From: Theionarchaea archaeon | Lineage (GTDB): Archaea > Methanobacteriota_B > Thermococci > Methanofastidiosales > SZ-28-30 | Assembly (NCBI GenBank): GCA_018992685.1 | Contig: JACVGT010000011.1 | Span: forward strand, 64,001-128,000 | DNA length: 64,000 bases | Direction: 5' to 3' | Shown here: piece after piece, positions 1-10,933 of the stretch | How the letters are laid out: the number at the start of each line of letters is the position of its first letter | How positions within the stretch are numbered: position 1 is the stretch's first letter | Program-made: the position numbers and the translations under genes | Notes under the pieces: model-generated | The model's database searches: none | Seen by the model: the letters and a program-made list of their open reading frames with translations, nothing else | What the model was told of the DNA's origin: nothing

Positions 1-2
1 TC

Positions 3-1172
3 ACAGGGCTCGACTTTTTCCTCTTGTGGGGTGGAGCTGGTGTATCTCTGGCTGAAATACTGGCAGGGGGGATACTGGCCCCTCTCGGAGTGGTCACAGG
101 TGTACTGGTAATCCTTTGTGGTCACATCATTGGAAATACACCGTTGGCTCTCGGTGGAATCATCGGTTCAGAAGAAGGAGTCCCTACAATGGTTTCCACT
201 CGACCTGCTTTCGGTGTAAAGGGGAGCTACTTGGCTGCTGTGCTCAACATTATCCAGTTGATTGGATGGACAGCTATCATGCTTATAATCTGTGGGGAAG
301 CAGCCAACACGGTCATGGAAAGCTTTACTGGAGAGTCACACCTATCTGTATTGATCCTCATTTCTGGCATAGTCACTACTGCTTGGGCCCTCGTGGGCCA
401 CAAGAGCTGGAAGTGGCTGCAACGGATATCTGTCAGTGCGTTACTTATTCTCTGTGTGATCATGACCTATGCTGTTTTCAGACAGGGGGTACCTGAAGCA
501 CCATCGACACACGAACTGTCTGGTGCTCTAGCTTTGGATCTGGTGATTGCCATGCCCATATCCTGGCTTCCCTTGGTATCAGACTATTCCAGATATGCAA
601 AGAGTACCAGACCTGCCTTTGCTGGCACCTGGATCGGGTACTTCATCATATCCAGCTGGATGTACGTCCTGGGGTTAGGGGCTGCCATCTACACAGGAAA
701 TGCAGAACCAGTGCCCATGATGCTGGCATTAGGACTGGGTATTCCTGCGTTACTCATCGTGTTCCTATCCACCTTTACTACGACGTTTCTGGATGTGTAT
801 TCTACTGCTGTCTCTGCTTTGAATATATCGGAGAACCTCGGTGAGAGAAAAGGTGTTATCATCGGTGGTATCCTGGGGACTGCTCTGGCTCTGGTATTTC
901 CCATGGCTCGATACGAGTCGTTTCTCTTGTTGATCGGGTCCATGTTCTGCCCCTTGTTTGGCGTGGTGCTCACAGACTACTTTGTCATCAGGAAGACCTA
1001 CCGAGATGATTCGCTCTTTACGGAACGAGCTATCAACTGGATGGCAATTGCAGCCTGGGCTATCGGAGCCGTGGTTTACCAGGTACTGATACATTTAAAT
1101 GTGGGTAGTTCAATACCCAGTATGGTAGTAGCGGCAGCAATCTACTATGGATTGATGAAGGTGAACCCATGA
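3..1172 (+). CDS. cytX: Cytosine permease / NCS1-family hydroxymethylpyrimidine transporter (5'-truncated by window edge)
   Basis: Frame is open from the window start. Multiple TM helices, motif [12 protein letters not shown], stop overlaps the thiD start (ATGA). Confidence 0.85.
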   Translation, partial: TGLDFFLLWGGAGVSLAEILAGGILAPLGVVTGVLVILCGHIIGNTPLALGGIIGSEEGVPTMVSTRPAFGVKGSYLAAVLNIIQLIGWTAIMLIICGEAANTVMESFTGESHLSVLILISGIVTTAWALVGHKSWKWLQRISVSALLILCVIMTYAVFRQGVPEAPSTHELSGALALDLVIAMPISWLPLVSDYSRYAKSTRPAFAGTWIGYFIISSWMYVLGLGAAIYTGNAEPVPMMLALGLGIPALLIVFLSTFTTTFLDVYSTAVSALNISENLGERKGVIIGGILGTALALVFPMARYESFLLLIGSMFCPLFGVVLTDYFVIRKTYRDDSLFTERAINWMAIAAWAIGAVVYQVLIHLNVGSSIPSMVVAAAIYYGLMKVNP

Positions 1173-2500
1173 AGGTCGCTCTGACCATTGCAGGATCTGA
1201 TTCAGGTGGCGGTGCAGGGATACAGGCTGATTTGAAGACCTTTGCCGCCTTCAAGGTGTATGGGACCAGTGTCATAACGTCGGTGACAGCTCAGAATACG
1301 GTAGGTGTTTTGGGCATACATGATATGCCTGCTGAATTTGTGGGTGCTCAGATGGATGCAGTTCTGACAGATATCGCGGTCGATGCTTGTAAAACAGGGA
1401 TGCTGTCTAATGCTGACATTATCAAGGTGGTTGCTGAAAGGCTGGAGAAATACAACATGGAGAAGTATGTACTGGACCCTGTCATGGTGGCCAAGAGTGG
1501 AGATGCCTTGCTGCAGCAGGATGCAGTCTCCTCTCTCATTCGGTTCCTGATCCCCAGAAGTCATGTCATAACACCCAACATGGACGAAGCTTCACTGATC
1601 ACAGGGATGTCTATACAGACTGTGGACGACATGAAGGATGCCGCTCTAAAGATCAAAGAGATGGGTGCTCGCGCTGTGGTGGTGAAGGGTGGCCATCTGA
1701 AAGGAGATGCTGTTGATGTCTTTTGTGGAAAAGACATAGAGTTATTGAGCTCAGAGAGGATTGATACTCGCAATACGCACGGAACAGGGTGTACCTTCTC
1801 TTCAGCTATTGCAGCAGGGTTAGCCAGGGGAGATGATTCCCTTACGGCTGTGAAGAGAGCAAAACAGTACATTACCGATGCCATCAGGTATTCATTCCCC
1901 ATAGGGGAGGGACATGGACCTACTAACCATTTTGCTGTATTATACAGGGAAGCAGAGAAGTTTTCGATTGTGAATCAGTTGAGAGAGGGATTCAACCTGG
2001 CTAAATCTTCCGAGATTGCAGATGTCATACCTGAGGTGCAGTCAAACTTGGTGATGGCCCTGTCTGATGCAGATTCTGTTGAGGATGTGGCAGGATTTCC
2101 AGGGAGAATCGTACGATACAAAGAGACTGTAGAAACAGTTGGATGTCCTGAGTTTGGAGCTTCATCACATATGGCGCGAGTGGTCTTGGCAGTCATGACG
2201 TATGATCCTACCATTCGATCTGCCATGAACATTCGTTATGGAGACGATGTCGTGGAAGCAGCTGAAAGAGCAGGGTATACTCTGGGGAAGTTCTCCAGAG
2301 AGGACGAACCACAGCAAATCAGAGAAAAGGAAGGATCTACCTTGGACTGGGGAACCATCACGGCAATACAGGAGTTGGGAAAACCTCCAGATATAATCTA
2401 TGATCTGGGTGGAATTTCTAGGGAAGCCATGATGCGGGTGCTGGGGAAGAACCCATTGGATGTGGTTCAAAAGGTGATAAAAATATCACAGGGTTTGTAA
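1169..2500 (+). CDS. thiD: Bifunctional HMP/HMP-P kinase with C-terminal ThiN thiamine-phosphate synthase domain
   Basis: [22 protein letters not shown] and HGTGCT motifs; C-terminal IPEVQSNL...FGASSHMAR ThiN signature. Confidence 0.95.
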   Translation: MKVALTIAGSDSGGGAGIQADLKTFAAFKVYGTSVITSVTAQNTVGVLGIHDMPAEFVGAQMDAVLTDIAVDACKTGMLSNADIIKVVAERLEKYNMEKYVLDPVMVAKSGDALLQQDAVSSLIRFLIPRSHVITPNMDEASLITGMSIQTVDDMKDAALKIKEMGARAVVVKGGHLKGDAVDVFCGKDIELLSSERIDTRNTHGTGCTFSSAIAAGLARGDDSLTAVKRAKQYITDAIRYSFPIGEGHGPTNHFAVLYREAEKFSIVNQLREGFNLAKSSEIADVIPEVQSNLVMALSDADSVEDVAGFPGRIVRYKETVETVGCPEFGASSHMARVVLAVMTYDPTIRSAMNIRYGDDVVEAAERAGYTLGKFSREDEPQQIREKEGSTLDWGTITAIQELGKPPDIIYDLGGISREAMMRVLGKNPLDVVQKVIKISQGL

Positions 2501-2571
2501 GAAGGACGTTCCTGCGTTCTTTTCCCTATTCTCTTCTGGATTTTGTATTTCTATTTTGATCTCACTGTGAG

Positions 2572-2698
2572 CTGGGTCATGAATGTGGACGGGACTAATC
2601 AGGAGAACGTGTTGGTACTACGTATTGCCCGTCAAGGAAATTCATGCGTGGAACATCAAGAGGTGCATGAAACCCCTGGGGTTCACACCCATGACCAG
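2572..2698. other. Multi-stem structured intergenic element between convergent terminators (ncRNA or MITE-like relic)
   Basis: Pairings GGTCATG/CATGACC, TGTG/CACA, GACGGG/CCCGTC, TTCATGC/GCATGAA and AACCC/GGGTT. Confidence 0.35.
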
Positions 2699-2742
2699 AG
2701 AATATGGGTAAATGAGAAAGAGAAAAAAATGAGAAAGAAATG

Positions 2743-4107
2743 CTACCAGTACATGCGCACTGTGTAGGTCAGAGTGACCTCACCATCTGCAGCAACTGCT
2801 ACATACCATACTGCAGAGTAGGCATCTTCCTGCTTCCAGTCAAGAGAGGATTCAGTAATCCTCCACTCTCCCCAGAAGTGATCCAGAACAGTGACAGTGA
2901 TGTCTTCGGTCTTGTGATTTCTCAGAGACACCTCATAACTGATCTCTGCCCCACGGGTTCCCAGTTGATTGTACTTGGTCTGCTTCTTCTCTACCACCAC
3001 ATCAAAGGCATCTCCCACGTAGATGCGCACCTTTTCATCTTTTGGTGTGTGGTCAATGGAATCCTCTCCGATAAACTGTAGCTGTCCTTCAGAATCTTTC
3101 TTGTACACTCTGACAATCCCTGCAGGAAGGGGCATCCCCATGTTGTTCTCCGCAGTGTTCTCAAAGACCAGCATGACTTTCACTGCTCCAGCGTTCTGCT
3201 GGTATCCGTATGTATATCCTGGGTCGAACACATACTCTTTCTTCACTGATATGTTCTGCGTTTCGAACAAGGTTACCTGCTTCTGCTGGTTGTCCAGGAC
3301 GTCAGTCTTCCTGTCAAGGGTGTACATGTGGTATTCGAAGAAAGCCTCCTCCTGGAACTGGTCAGGAGCTTTGGCAGCTCCTCGTTCTTCTTCAGCATAG
3401 GCGACCGTTACCTGTGTCTGCACTCTGTGGACTTCACCTGCTATGAGTTTCAGTCGGGCATTCTTGTATGATGCACCACTGTAGTTGGTAAGGGTAACCC
3501 AGCTCATTAAGTCCAGTTCAGTATCATCACTGTTCACCACGGCCACATAGTACGCTTCCCAGTCCAGTCCTGATGTCATGTAGGAGAGCTGCATATCATG
3601 TGCACCTGCCTTCTCTGCATCCAACAGCCATTTCAGGGTGGGTTTGGTGATCAAGCCTTCAGGCAGCTCAGGAAGAGATACCTGTTCTCCTTTCACAATG
3701 TGCACCCCACTATCATTCTGAATGATCAACTCATCTCCAGAATAGCTGAGAAGAGCACCTTTCAATGTATTCCCTTCCTTGTCCAGAACGGTAATATCCT
3801 TTCCCAGGTACTTCTCGTAGATTTTTTCCTTGTTCACGAGATCAAACAGGTAGTTCTGTTCCAGGACATAGGACGCTCCCGTTAGGTCCCTGATGGACAC
3901 TGACGTGGGATCAATGAGTTTTGCGACATCCTGAATCATCACCGTGTTCAACCCCTCCTCCAGGTCGATAGTCCGTACGTCTTTGACTACTCCAAAGTTC
4001 TGGTTGTAGACTGTGATCTCCAATGATGACTGAGCATCTCCGGATACCAGAGTACTGGCCAAGATTACTGCTATTACTCCTGTAATGAGAATGATTCTTT
4101 CTTTCAT
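2743..4107 (-). CDS. Secreted DUF4139-family protein
   Basis: Signal peptide; ITVYNQNFGVVKDVR, LSYMTSGLDWEAYY and GMPLPAGIVRVY motifs. Confidence 0.8.
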   Translation of the reverse strand: MKERIILITGVIAVILASTLVSGDAQSSLEITVYNQNFGVVKDVRTIDLEEGLNTVMIQDVAKLIDPTSVSIRDLTGASYVLEQNYLFDLVNKEKIYEKYLGKDITVLDKEGNTLKGALLSYSGDELIIQNDSGVHIVKGEQVSLPELPEGLITKPTLKWLLDAEKAGAHDMQLSYMTSGLDWEAYYVAVVNSDDTELDLMSWVTLTNYSGASYKNARLKLIAGEVHRVQTQVTVAYAEEERGAAKAPDQFQEEAFFEYHMYTLDRKTDVLDNQQKQVTLFETQNISVKKEYVFDPGYTYGYQQNAGAVKVMLVFENTAENNMGMPLPAGIVRVYKKDSEGQLQFIGEDSIDHTPKDEKVRIYVGDAFDVVVEKKQTKYNQLGTRGAEISYEVSLRNHKTEDITVTVLDHFWGEWRITESSLDWKQEDAYSAVWYVAVAADGEVTLTYTVRMYW

Positions 4108-4421
4108 GTAATCACTCCCTTTTCTTTTGGTTCAGGATATATAAGGGTTTTCATATGCTTCAAATCATCTTGAAGTTATAACTGAACTGTATTGTGTCGA
4201 AGAATCAAAGAATCAAGGAAGAAAAAGAGGACACACAACCGATCTCAAGAGGCAGCAGCCCGAAGAATCAGATTTACTGCCCGCTGTGTAGGAACAGCAT
4301 GAATCGCTTATTATTCTCAAGCGGAATTCCTAATCGAACACGGTGAAAAAAGAGACGCATGAATGACTCTTCAGGACTGACCTTCAGATTCCATTACCTT
4401 TTTCTATTACGATTTCCTATC

Positions 4422-6680
4422 ATGCTCATGCGTTCCACATGGTTCGGTATCTTCTTCATATCTGCAGGAGCCCTCCTCTTTGAAGTTTCCCTGACCAGGA
4501 TCTTTTCCGTATCCCGCTGGTATCATTTTGCATTCATGGTAGTAAGCATCGCTTTGCTGGGATTTGCTGCCAGTGGTTCTCTGCTGAATCTCTATCCCAC
4601 CCTCAAGAGGAACAGGAATGCTCCCTTTATCTTATCCGTACTATTTTCTCTTTCTGTGGTGGTAAGTTTCTATGTGTCAGACAAGGTTGAAATGGATCCT
4701 TACAGGATCATGCTGGACCCCCTCCGTATCTCATACATCAGCATCTACTACGTGGTGCTGTCACTGCCATTCCTGATGGCGGGCTTGGTTATCAGCCTGT
4801 ATTTATCCACGCATTCTCAGAATGCAGGACAGATCTATGGGTTCAACCTGGCAGGCTCTGCAGCAGGGTGTTTACTGATTTTTGCCTTTTCTGCTGCAGG
4901 CTCAAACATCATCCTGGTAAGTTCTGTACTCGGTGCTGTGGGTTCCCTTTTCTTTGCCAGGAACGTCCAGAAACTTGCCTCACTTCTCGTCATTATTGCG
5001 TTGATTGGTTTACCCGGATCCCTGTTTGAGATCACCATGTCTCCGTACAAGTCGTTGTCCCTGGCTCTGAACTATCCCGAAGCCAGAATTCTGGATACAG
5101 AATGGAATGCAGTCTCCAGAGTGGATGTGGTGGAAAGCCCTTTGCGTCAGGCACCCGGACTCTCTCTGAAGTATGGTGAAGGGCTGGAACCAGCCCTGGG
5201 GACAACCATAGATGGAGATTCCATGTCTTCATTGTCAGAACCGGGTGCATTCGTAGAATATCTCCCCACTGCGGCAGCATACCTGAAAGGCCCCAATACA
5301 ATCCTCATTATTAACCCCCAGGGGGTGGATATCGCTGCGGCCAAGTATTTCAGTGCAGACATCACAGCAGCAGAAGGAAATCCGTTGCCCGTGAGAGCAA
5401 TACAACGATTCAGCAGCCTCTACGATGGCGTGACTGTCATACATGAGAACGGAAGAACGTATCTAGCTTCCACTGATGAACTGTTTGATATAATTCAGAT
5501 CTCCCTATCAGAGAGCATATTTGCCAGCTCTGTTGGGCTGTATGGGTTTAATGAGAGCTATTCCTTCACGGTGGAAGCATTTGAAGAATACTATGCTCAT
5601 TTGACTGAAGAGGGTATGGTGGTCATCACGCGGTGGCTGGTGATTCCTCCTCGAGAATTGCCCAAAGTGATCTCGCTCGTCATAGACACAGTACCTGAAC
5701 CTGAAACCCATCTTGCGGTATTCAGATCGTACTCCACTGTCACAGTACTGGTGAAGAAGACCCCCTTCGCTGAGTATGATGTAGACGGTCTTGCAGCATT
5801 TTGTAGGGATAGAGGATTTGACATGGTGTGGGCACCAGGAATTACTGCAGATGAGGTAAATGTGTATAACCGATTTCCTGAACCATACTTCTATCAGCTA
5901 ACCAAAGAACAACTCGATAACAACGCACAGGTGAAAAAGGACTATCTTTTTGCAGTTGAATCTCCCACTGATGATTCTCCTTTCTTCTTCAATTTCTTTC
6001 AGTGGAGAAAAGTGAACCAGGTAGTGGACTCTCTACAAGGGAAGTGGCAGCCCTTGTTTGAGGGAGGGTTCATGGCTGTGGCCATACTGGGACAGGCTGG
6101 CATCTTGTCTCTGGCCCTGGTTTTCATTCCGGCAAAAAGAGTCGCCTTTTCCCGGTTTACGCTGAGGTACTTTGGGTTAATTGGACTGGGCTTTATGTTC
6201 GTAGAGATCTCGCTCATGCAGCAGTTGATTCTCTTTCTGGGACAGCCGGTGTTCTCTGTCGCTATCGTCTTGTCCTGCATCTTGTTGTTTTCTGGATTGG
6301 GAAGCGTTGTGTCAGGGAGAATCGGGTGGAACAGGGGGTTTGTGGGGCTCTTGGGACTCCTGGCCGTTTTTGCTGTTGGGCTGTCAGCGGGCATTCATGA
6401 GCTGCTGGGAGTCTCCATGGGTTGGAAGATACTCATGACTGTGGGAATTCTGGGGCCTCTTTCTGTCTGCATGGGGATTCCGTTTCCTACAGGCATTGTC
6501 ACCGTTGGCGAGAACCAGGTTCCCTCAGCCTGGTGCATCAATGGATGCGCTTCTGTGTGTGGTTCAGTTCTGGCAATCATTGTGGCTCTGTCATTCGGGT
6601 TCCAGATAGTCTTGGCGTGTGGGGGAGTGTGCTACTTTTTCGCTTTCCTAGTACGGATGATACAGAAGGGCCAGACTTAG
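4422..6680 (+). CDS. Membrane protein with spermidine-synthase-like SAM-binding domain
   Basis: N-terminal TM block (FEVSLTRIFS...YHFAFMVVSIALLGF), central WNAVSRVDV / PTDDSPFFF, C-terminal TM block (GLGFMFVEI, AWCINGCASV). Start codon uncertain. Confidence 0.75.
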   Translation: MLMRSTWFGIFFISAGALLFEVSLTRIFSVSRWYHFAFMVVSIALLGFAASGSLLNLYPTLKRNRNAPFILSVLFSLSVVVSFYVSDKVEMDPYRIMLDPLRISYISIYYVVLSLPFLMAGLVISLYLSTHSQNAGQIYGFNLAGSAAGCLLIFAFSAAGSNIILVSSVLGAVGSLFFARNVQKLASLLVIIALIGLPGSLFEITMSPYKSLSLALNYPEARILDTEWNAVSRVDVVESPLRQAPGLSLKYGEGLEPALGTTIDGDSMSSLSEPGAFVEYLPTAAAYLKGPNTILIINPQGVDIAAAKYFSADITAAEGNPLPVRAIQRFSSLYDGVTVIHENGRTYLASTDELFDIIQISLSESIFASSVGLYGFNESYSFTVEAFEEYYAHLTEEGMVVITRWLVIPPRELPKVISLVIDTVPEPETHLAVFRSYSTVTVLVKKTPFAEYDVDGLAAFCRDRGFDMVWAPGITADEVNVYNRFPEPYFYQLTKEQLDNNAQVKKDYLFAVESPTDDSPFFFNFFQWRKVNQVVDSLQGKWQPLFEGGFMAVAILGQAGILSLALVFIPAKRVAFSRFTLRYFGLIGLGFMFVEISLMQQLILFLGQPVFSVAIVLSCILLFSGLGSVVSGRIGWNRGFVGLLGLLAVFAVGLSAGIHELLGVSMGWKILMTVGILGPLSVCMGIPFPTGIVTVGENQVPSAWCINGCASVCGSVLAIIVALSFGFQIVLACGGVCYFFAFLVRMIQKGQT

Positions 6681-6833
6681 AATGTGCCAGAATGGGTTCC
6701 GTTCATGCAGTTTTCCGGATATGTCGTTTCGGTTTTGAGACCAGAAACAGCATGTCATAGCAGCAGCGTACCCGGGGCCTCTTGGCTCGCATCCAGCCAA
6801 AACCTTTTTCTGCCTCTACAATCAGGAACCCCC

Positions 6834-7310
6834 ATGAGAGAAGCCATCGAAACTGGACTGAGCTTTGGACTGACCTCTGGGATCATAACTACCCTGGGGC
6901 TGATGGTTGGACTGCACTCAGGTACTGGATCAGAGGCTGCTGTCATAGGAGGGATCTTGACCATTGCCATTGCAGATGCATTCTCTGACGCTCTGGGCAT
7001 TCACATGTCTGAAGAGACAGAAGGCGACCATACATCTCTTGAAATTTGGGAGGCAACTGTTTCCACGTTTACTTTCAAGTTCTTGTTTGCATCAACGTTC
7101 GTTGTCCCTGTCCTGCTGCTGGAGCTTTCCACAGCAGTTGAAGTCAGTGTTGCATATGGACTGCTCTTGCTGACGCTCCTGAATTTCAGGCTGGCTCGGA
7201 ATCAGAAGATCAGCCCTCTGAAGCCGATTGTGGAGCACTTGACCATAGCCCTGGTGGTGGTTGTACTCACTCACTTTGTGGGAGACTGGATATCTGGGTT
7301 CCTTGGCTGA
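6834..7310 (+). CDS. VIT1/CCC1-family membrane transporter
   Basis: SFGLTSGIITTLGLMVG and IADAFSDALGIH motifs; start at ATG 6834. Confidence 0.75.
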   Translation: MREAIETGLSFGLTSGIITTLGLMVGLHSGTGSEAAVIGGILTIAIADAFSDALGIHMSEETEGDHTSLEIWEATVSTFTFKFLFASTFVVPVLLLELSTAVEVSVAYGLLLLTLLNFRLARNQKISPLKPIVEHLTIALVVVVLTHFVGDWISGFLG

Positions 7311-7411
7311 TCAACGATCACGTGGCCTGTGGGCTTTGCGAGAGATCAGAGACCGCGTGACCTCACCCGTGATGTGGCAACGTTTAAGTAATAGAAAGTA
7401 ATTCCCGGTAC

Positions 7412-8434
7412 ATGACTGATGAAGAACCAGGAGAGACTATTCCAAAATTGGATTCAATAGAATTCTGGTACGTAAATGTGAAGATTTCTATCCTCAGAGC
7501 TGCTCTTGAACTCCACGTATGGGACAAGATAGCCGAGGGCACTACCAATGTAAAGCATATGGCTTCAGAGGAAAAGTGGGATCCTGTTGGTACAACCGTA
7601 CTCCTCGATGCGCTTTGTGGCATGGGGCTGCTTGACAAGAATTCAAAAGGATATTGCCTGACTCCTCTCTCAGATTTCTATCTCGTCAGAACGAGATCTA
7701 CCTATATGGGTGATGTGAGAATGGCACAACTCACGTGGGAGCATCAGGGACGTCTCGCAGACGCCATAAGAAAAGGAAAGAGACCAATAGTGAAAAAATG
7801 GACAGATTCTGAAATGGGAGGAGTATGGGCAGGTCATTCAATTCCCTTTCGTCTTTTTCCAAATCACTACATGGAATACTATGAGACCCTCTGGCAAACG
7901 TTGGGATTTGAAAAAACCCAGACCATGAAGGTACTGGATGTTGCCTGTGGTCCTGCAGCTGAGACTCTGTGCCTCGCTCTTCAAAATCCTTCATCCAAGA
8001 TTACACTTCAGGACTGGCCCAAGGTAGTTGAAGAAGGAGCTCGAATTGCAGACAAATTTGGTGTTGGACCTCAGGTGTCATACGTGCCAGGTGACTGGGA
8101 ATTGGTGGACTTTGGTAGAGACTATGATGTTGTGGTCATGGGGAGTATCGCCCACTTTTACGGTCCTGACGGCGTAGCAAAACTCTTTTCAAAGGCAAGG
8201 GAAGCACTCCGGCTAGGAGGAACTGTCATAGTCAGCGGTCCTTTGCCTGATGAATCCCGATGCAGAGAAGAATTCCCGCTTGTTTCTGCAGTGTGGGTCT
8301 ACGCTACCAGTGAAGAAGGAGCTATGTATACATTCTCAGAGTACAAGGAGTTCTTGGAAAGTGCACAGTTTGAGAACGTAGAATTGCTTGAATACAAGGG
8401 AAACAAGTACATACGAGCACGAAGCCCTCAATGA
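7412..8434 (+). CDS. SAM-dependent O-methyltransferase-like protein with N-terminal dimerisation domain
   Basis: RAALELHVWD dimerisation helix; VLDVACGP SAM motif; GGTVIV. Confidence 0.8.
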   Translation: MTDEEPGETIPKLDSIEFWYVNVKISILRAALELHVWDKIAEGTTNVKHMASEEKWDPVGTTVLLDALCGMGLLDKNSKGYCLTPLSDFYLVRTRSTYMGDVRMAQLTWEHQGRLADAIRKGKRPIVKKWTDSEMGGVWAGHSIPFRLFPNHYMEYYETLWQTLGFEKTQTMKVLDVACGPAAETLCLALQNPSSKITLQDWPKVVEEGARIADKFGVGPQVSYVPGDWELVDFGRDYDVVVMGSIAHFYGPDGVAKLFSKAREALRLGGTVIVSGPLPDESRCREEFPLVSAVWVYATSEEGAMYTFSEYKEFLESAQFENVELLEYKGNKYIRARSPQ

Positions 8435-8675
8435 TTCTCGTGGAAAACCTCTCATAATATTCCTCATCCTCTGTCGCGCTTTCATGAGATCGTGTTAGAG
8501 CTAAAGTGTTTTCCAGATGGTATTTTTTGACCAGATATTCTTCTTACTGAAGCTGACATCTATCGTAGGTAATATGACAGAAAACTCACTTCAAAGCAGG
8601 GATCATCTTCATGAAGGCTTTTCTGATGCTCAACATTAATTTTACTGTGGTATCTTGGATTTCTCCTTTCAAAAT

Positions 8676-8726
8676 AGTGAAACTGGTTTCACTGTTTTTT
8701 TCATATAAACATATAATCAGTGAAAA
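8676..8726 (+). promoter_or_regulatory. Palindrome plus putative promoter of Roadblock-V4R copy 1
   Basis: AGTGAAAC-TG-GTTTCACT followed by T7-CATATA-N9-TCAGTGAAAA; same layout at 40702-40752. Confidence 0.55.
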
Positions 8727-8758
8727 TCCCCGTTAACACAAAGAGCAGGTGATAAGAA

Positions 8759-9133
8759 ATGACTGGAAAATCCAAAGTAGAGAAGATGACCGACCTGTTG
8801 AAAGACCTGGAAGGTACAACCCCTGACATCGAAGCATCTGCTATCGTATCAGTAGATGGATTGATGATTGCATCTGCTTTACCTCGAGATGTGGAAGAAG
8901 ATAGAGTGGCTGCCATGTCAGCTGCCATGCTGTCACTGGGTGAACGAACTGCTGGTGAATTGGCAAGAGGTGCGCTTTCTGAAGTGTATGTGAAAGGAGA
9001 AAACGGGTATGTGGTGTTGATGTCTGTAGGAGAAAATGCTGTGTTGACAGCTCTCGCTCGAAAAGATGCCAAACTAGGCCTCGTCTTTCTGGATATGAAG
9101 CGAACCGCTGGAGATGTCGTCAACCTGATATAA
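8759..9133 (+). CDS. Roadblock/LC7 (MglB-like) protein, copy 1
   Basis: VSVDGLMIASALP...DRVAAMSAAMLSLGER and KLGLVFLDMKR; RBS GGTGA. Confidence 0.92.
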   Translation: MTGKSKVEKMTDLLKDLEGTTPDIEASAIVSVDGLMIASALPRDVEEDRVAAMSAAMLSLGERTAGELARGALSEVYVKGENGYVVLMSVGENAVLTALARKDAKLGLVFLDMKRTAGDVVNLI

Positions 9134-9142
9134 GGTGATACA

Positions 9143-9778
9143 ATGGTTAAAGGTAGAAAAACCGACAACCTCACTATGCGGATCTGCCTCGAGGTGGTGG
9201 AGAGAATTGCTGGGCCCAATGGACTAAAATCAGTTCTGAACTATGCACATCTGGAGAAATACATCGAAAACCCTCCTCCTGACAATGATGAAATAGTTGT
9301 TCCCGTTGAAGACGTTAAGACCCTTTACATGTCTCTCATGGAGCTGTTTGGCCAGAAAGGTGCTCGCGGCCTCCAACTTCGTGTTGGAAGAGAGTTCATG
9401 TGCATTGGTCGTGATAAACGCCAAGAGATATCAAAAGATCTCAATGCTTCCCTTCAATCTGCTTCTGCAACAGAAAGGATGAAGTTCACTCTCAAGGTGT
9501 TCACGGAGCAGTTTGAACAGAGATGGACCTCTGGATCAGGCAAGCCTCGCTTTGAATTGCAGGAAGATGTTGACCATATCCTTGTTGTTGACAAGGACAA
9601 TCCTCTGACTGAGGACATTGAGTCTCAAGCCCCCATGTGTTTTGCCACTGTGGGTATGCTCCAAGAGTTATTGAACCGCGCCATGGGGAATCTGCATGAT
9701 GTAGTAGAGGTTGAGTGCAGAGCCATGGGGCATCCGGCTGACGTTTTCAGGATTTCCAAAGCCTGCAATGCGGATTGA
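9143..9778 (+). CDS. V4R-domain protein, copy 1
   Basis: GPNGLKSVLNYA N-terminus; PMC...GML...EVECRAMG V4R motif. Confidence 0.8.
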   Translation: MVKGRKTDNLTMRICLEVVERIAGPNGLKSVLNYAHLEKYIENPPPDNDEIVVPVEDVKTLYMSLMELFGQKGARGLQLRVGREFMCIGRDKRQEISKDLNASLQSASATERMKFTLKVFTEQFEQRWTSGSGKPRFELQEDVDHILVVDKDNPLTEDIESQAPMCFATVGMLQELLNRAMGNLHDVVEVECRAMGHPADVFRISKACNAD

Positions 9779-9820
9779 ATTGCAGGAAGAGGACTGCAGG
9801 AAGAACTCGGGATAGGCCAT

Positions 9821-10180
9821 ATGAGTCTGAATCTTCTCCTGTCTGGAAAAGAAGGCCTCGTCTTTCTGGATATGAAGCGAACCGCTGGGAAAATTGAACT
9901 GGAGAAATTCATGGAGTAGATGAAGAATAGGCAGATCTCTTCAGGTGACAATCGGATGAAACTGCAGGAAGAAGATGACTGCTTCTTGCTCATTGACAGA
10001 GACTACTTTGAGAGCTCCAGCAGGACTTCGCCGCAGCCACGCTGTTACATGTATATCGGAATGCTTGAAAATCTTATGGAATGGGTCATCGGACACCGCC
10101 ACAAGGTCACCGAAATCAAGTACAGAAGCGTGAGTGATGACGCAGACATCCTTAAGATCTCAAAAAAAGCAGAGAAATAA
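9821..10180 (+). pseudogene. Collapsed Roadblock-tail / V4R C-terminal relic
   Basis: 36-bp exact copy of the Roadblock 3' end (9853-9888 = 9076-9111), in frame with a V4R C-half; TAG at 9917-9919. Confidence 0.75.
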
Positions 10181-10255
10181 AACATGTCACTCTTTTTTTC
10201 TTTATTGATTCAAGGGATACAAATGGGGCCAGCAAGAACGATGTCCCAGAATGGG

Positions 10256-10777
10256 TTAAGGATAATAATCCGGCACAATGAAAGGTGCCATGGCAAGAAT
10301 AATGCTATGCTCAAGAGCTGCCTGCCGGGTGACGAGATTCCCTGTAAGAGTGCCCACAGCGCCCGCCTTCTGTTTCGTATTGCATTCACCCCGTAGTCGA
10401 TCTATTGTGGGGCCCAGTTCCTTTCCCCTTCTGACTTCGGCAGCTACTGCTTCAGGCAGCAGGAGCTTCCCTCCGCCTCCAATGCCTCTCCGTCCTTTTC
10501 TGTCCTGTATCACAACCCAGCACGAAGCAAACATTCCATAATCAGTATCTACGGTAAACCCTTCTAGTCCAACCCCCATGTCAGCATCCACGTACTCCCG
10601 AGCTTGTCGTGCTCTCTGGTGAGCACCTATGATAGCTTCTTGATCAGAGGTCGGTTGATCATTAATTCCAGAGGAAACTGCAACTGGCAATACCCTGTAA
10701 TCATCCCATATCTGGTTCACCACCACTGAGACTGCATTCACCTTGACAGGATTCTTTGAACCAACTGAAACCAACAT
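10256..10777 (-). CDS. yjjX: Inosine/xanthosine triphosphatase (DUF84)
   Basis: VGSKNPVK, SSGINDQP, GVGLEG and KQKAGAVGTLT motifs. Confidence 0.9.
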   Translation of the reverse strand: MLVSVGSKNPVKVNAVSVVVNQIWDDYRVLPVAVSSGINDQPTSDQEAIIGAHQRARQAREYVDADMGVGLEGFTVDTDYGMFASCWVVIQDRKGRRGIGGGGKLLLPEAVAAEVRRGKELGPTIDRLRGECNTKQKAGAVGTLTGNLVTRQAALEHSIILAMAPFIVPDYYP

Positions 10778-10933
10778 ACTCTCACATATCTTCCTCACTT
10801 TAAACCCTTTTCTTTTCACATCACCACATGAATAGGCACCCCACTACCACTTTCTTGGAGCAGAAACATCCCCCCAAGACATGGATTGGAATCTGGGAGA
10901 ATCATATCTCATCGGGTGGAGGACCAGTTTTCG

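Noticed and set aside
2501-2742. TPP riboswitch near the thiamine genes
   Set aside because: Downstream of thiD and lacking the CTGAGA / ACCTGA consensus.
9917-9919. In-frame TAG as pyrrolysine readthrough
   Set aside because: Lies in a deleted, degenerate relic, and no pyl genes are visible.
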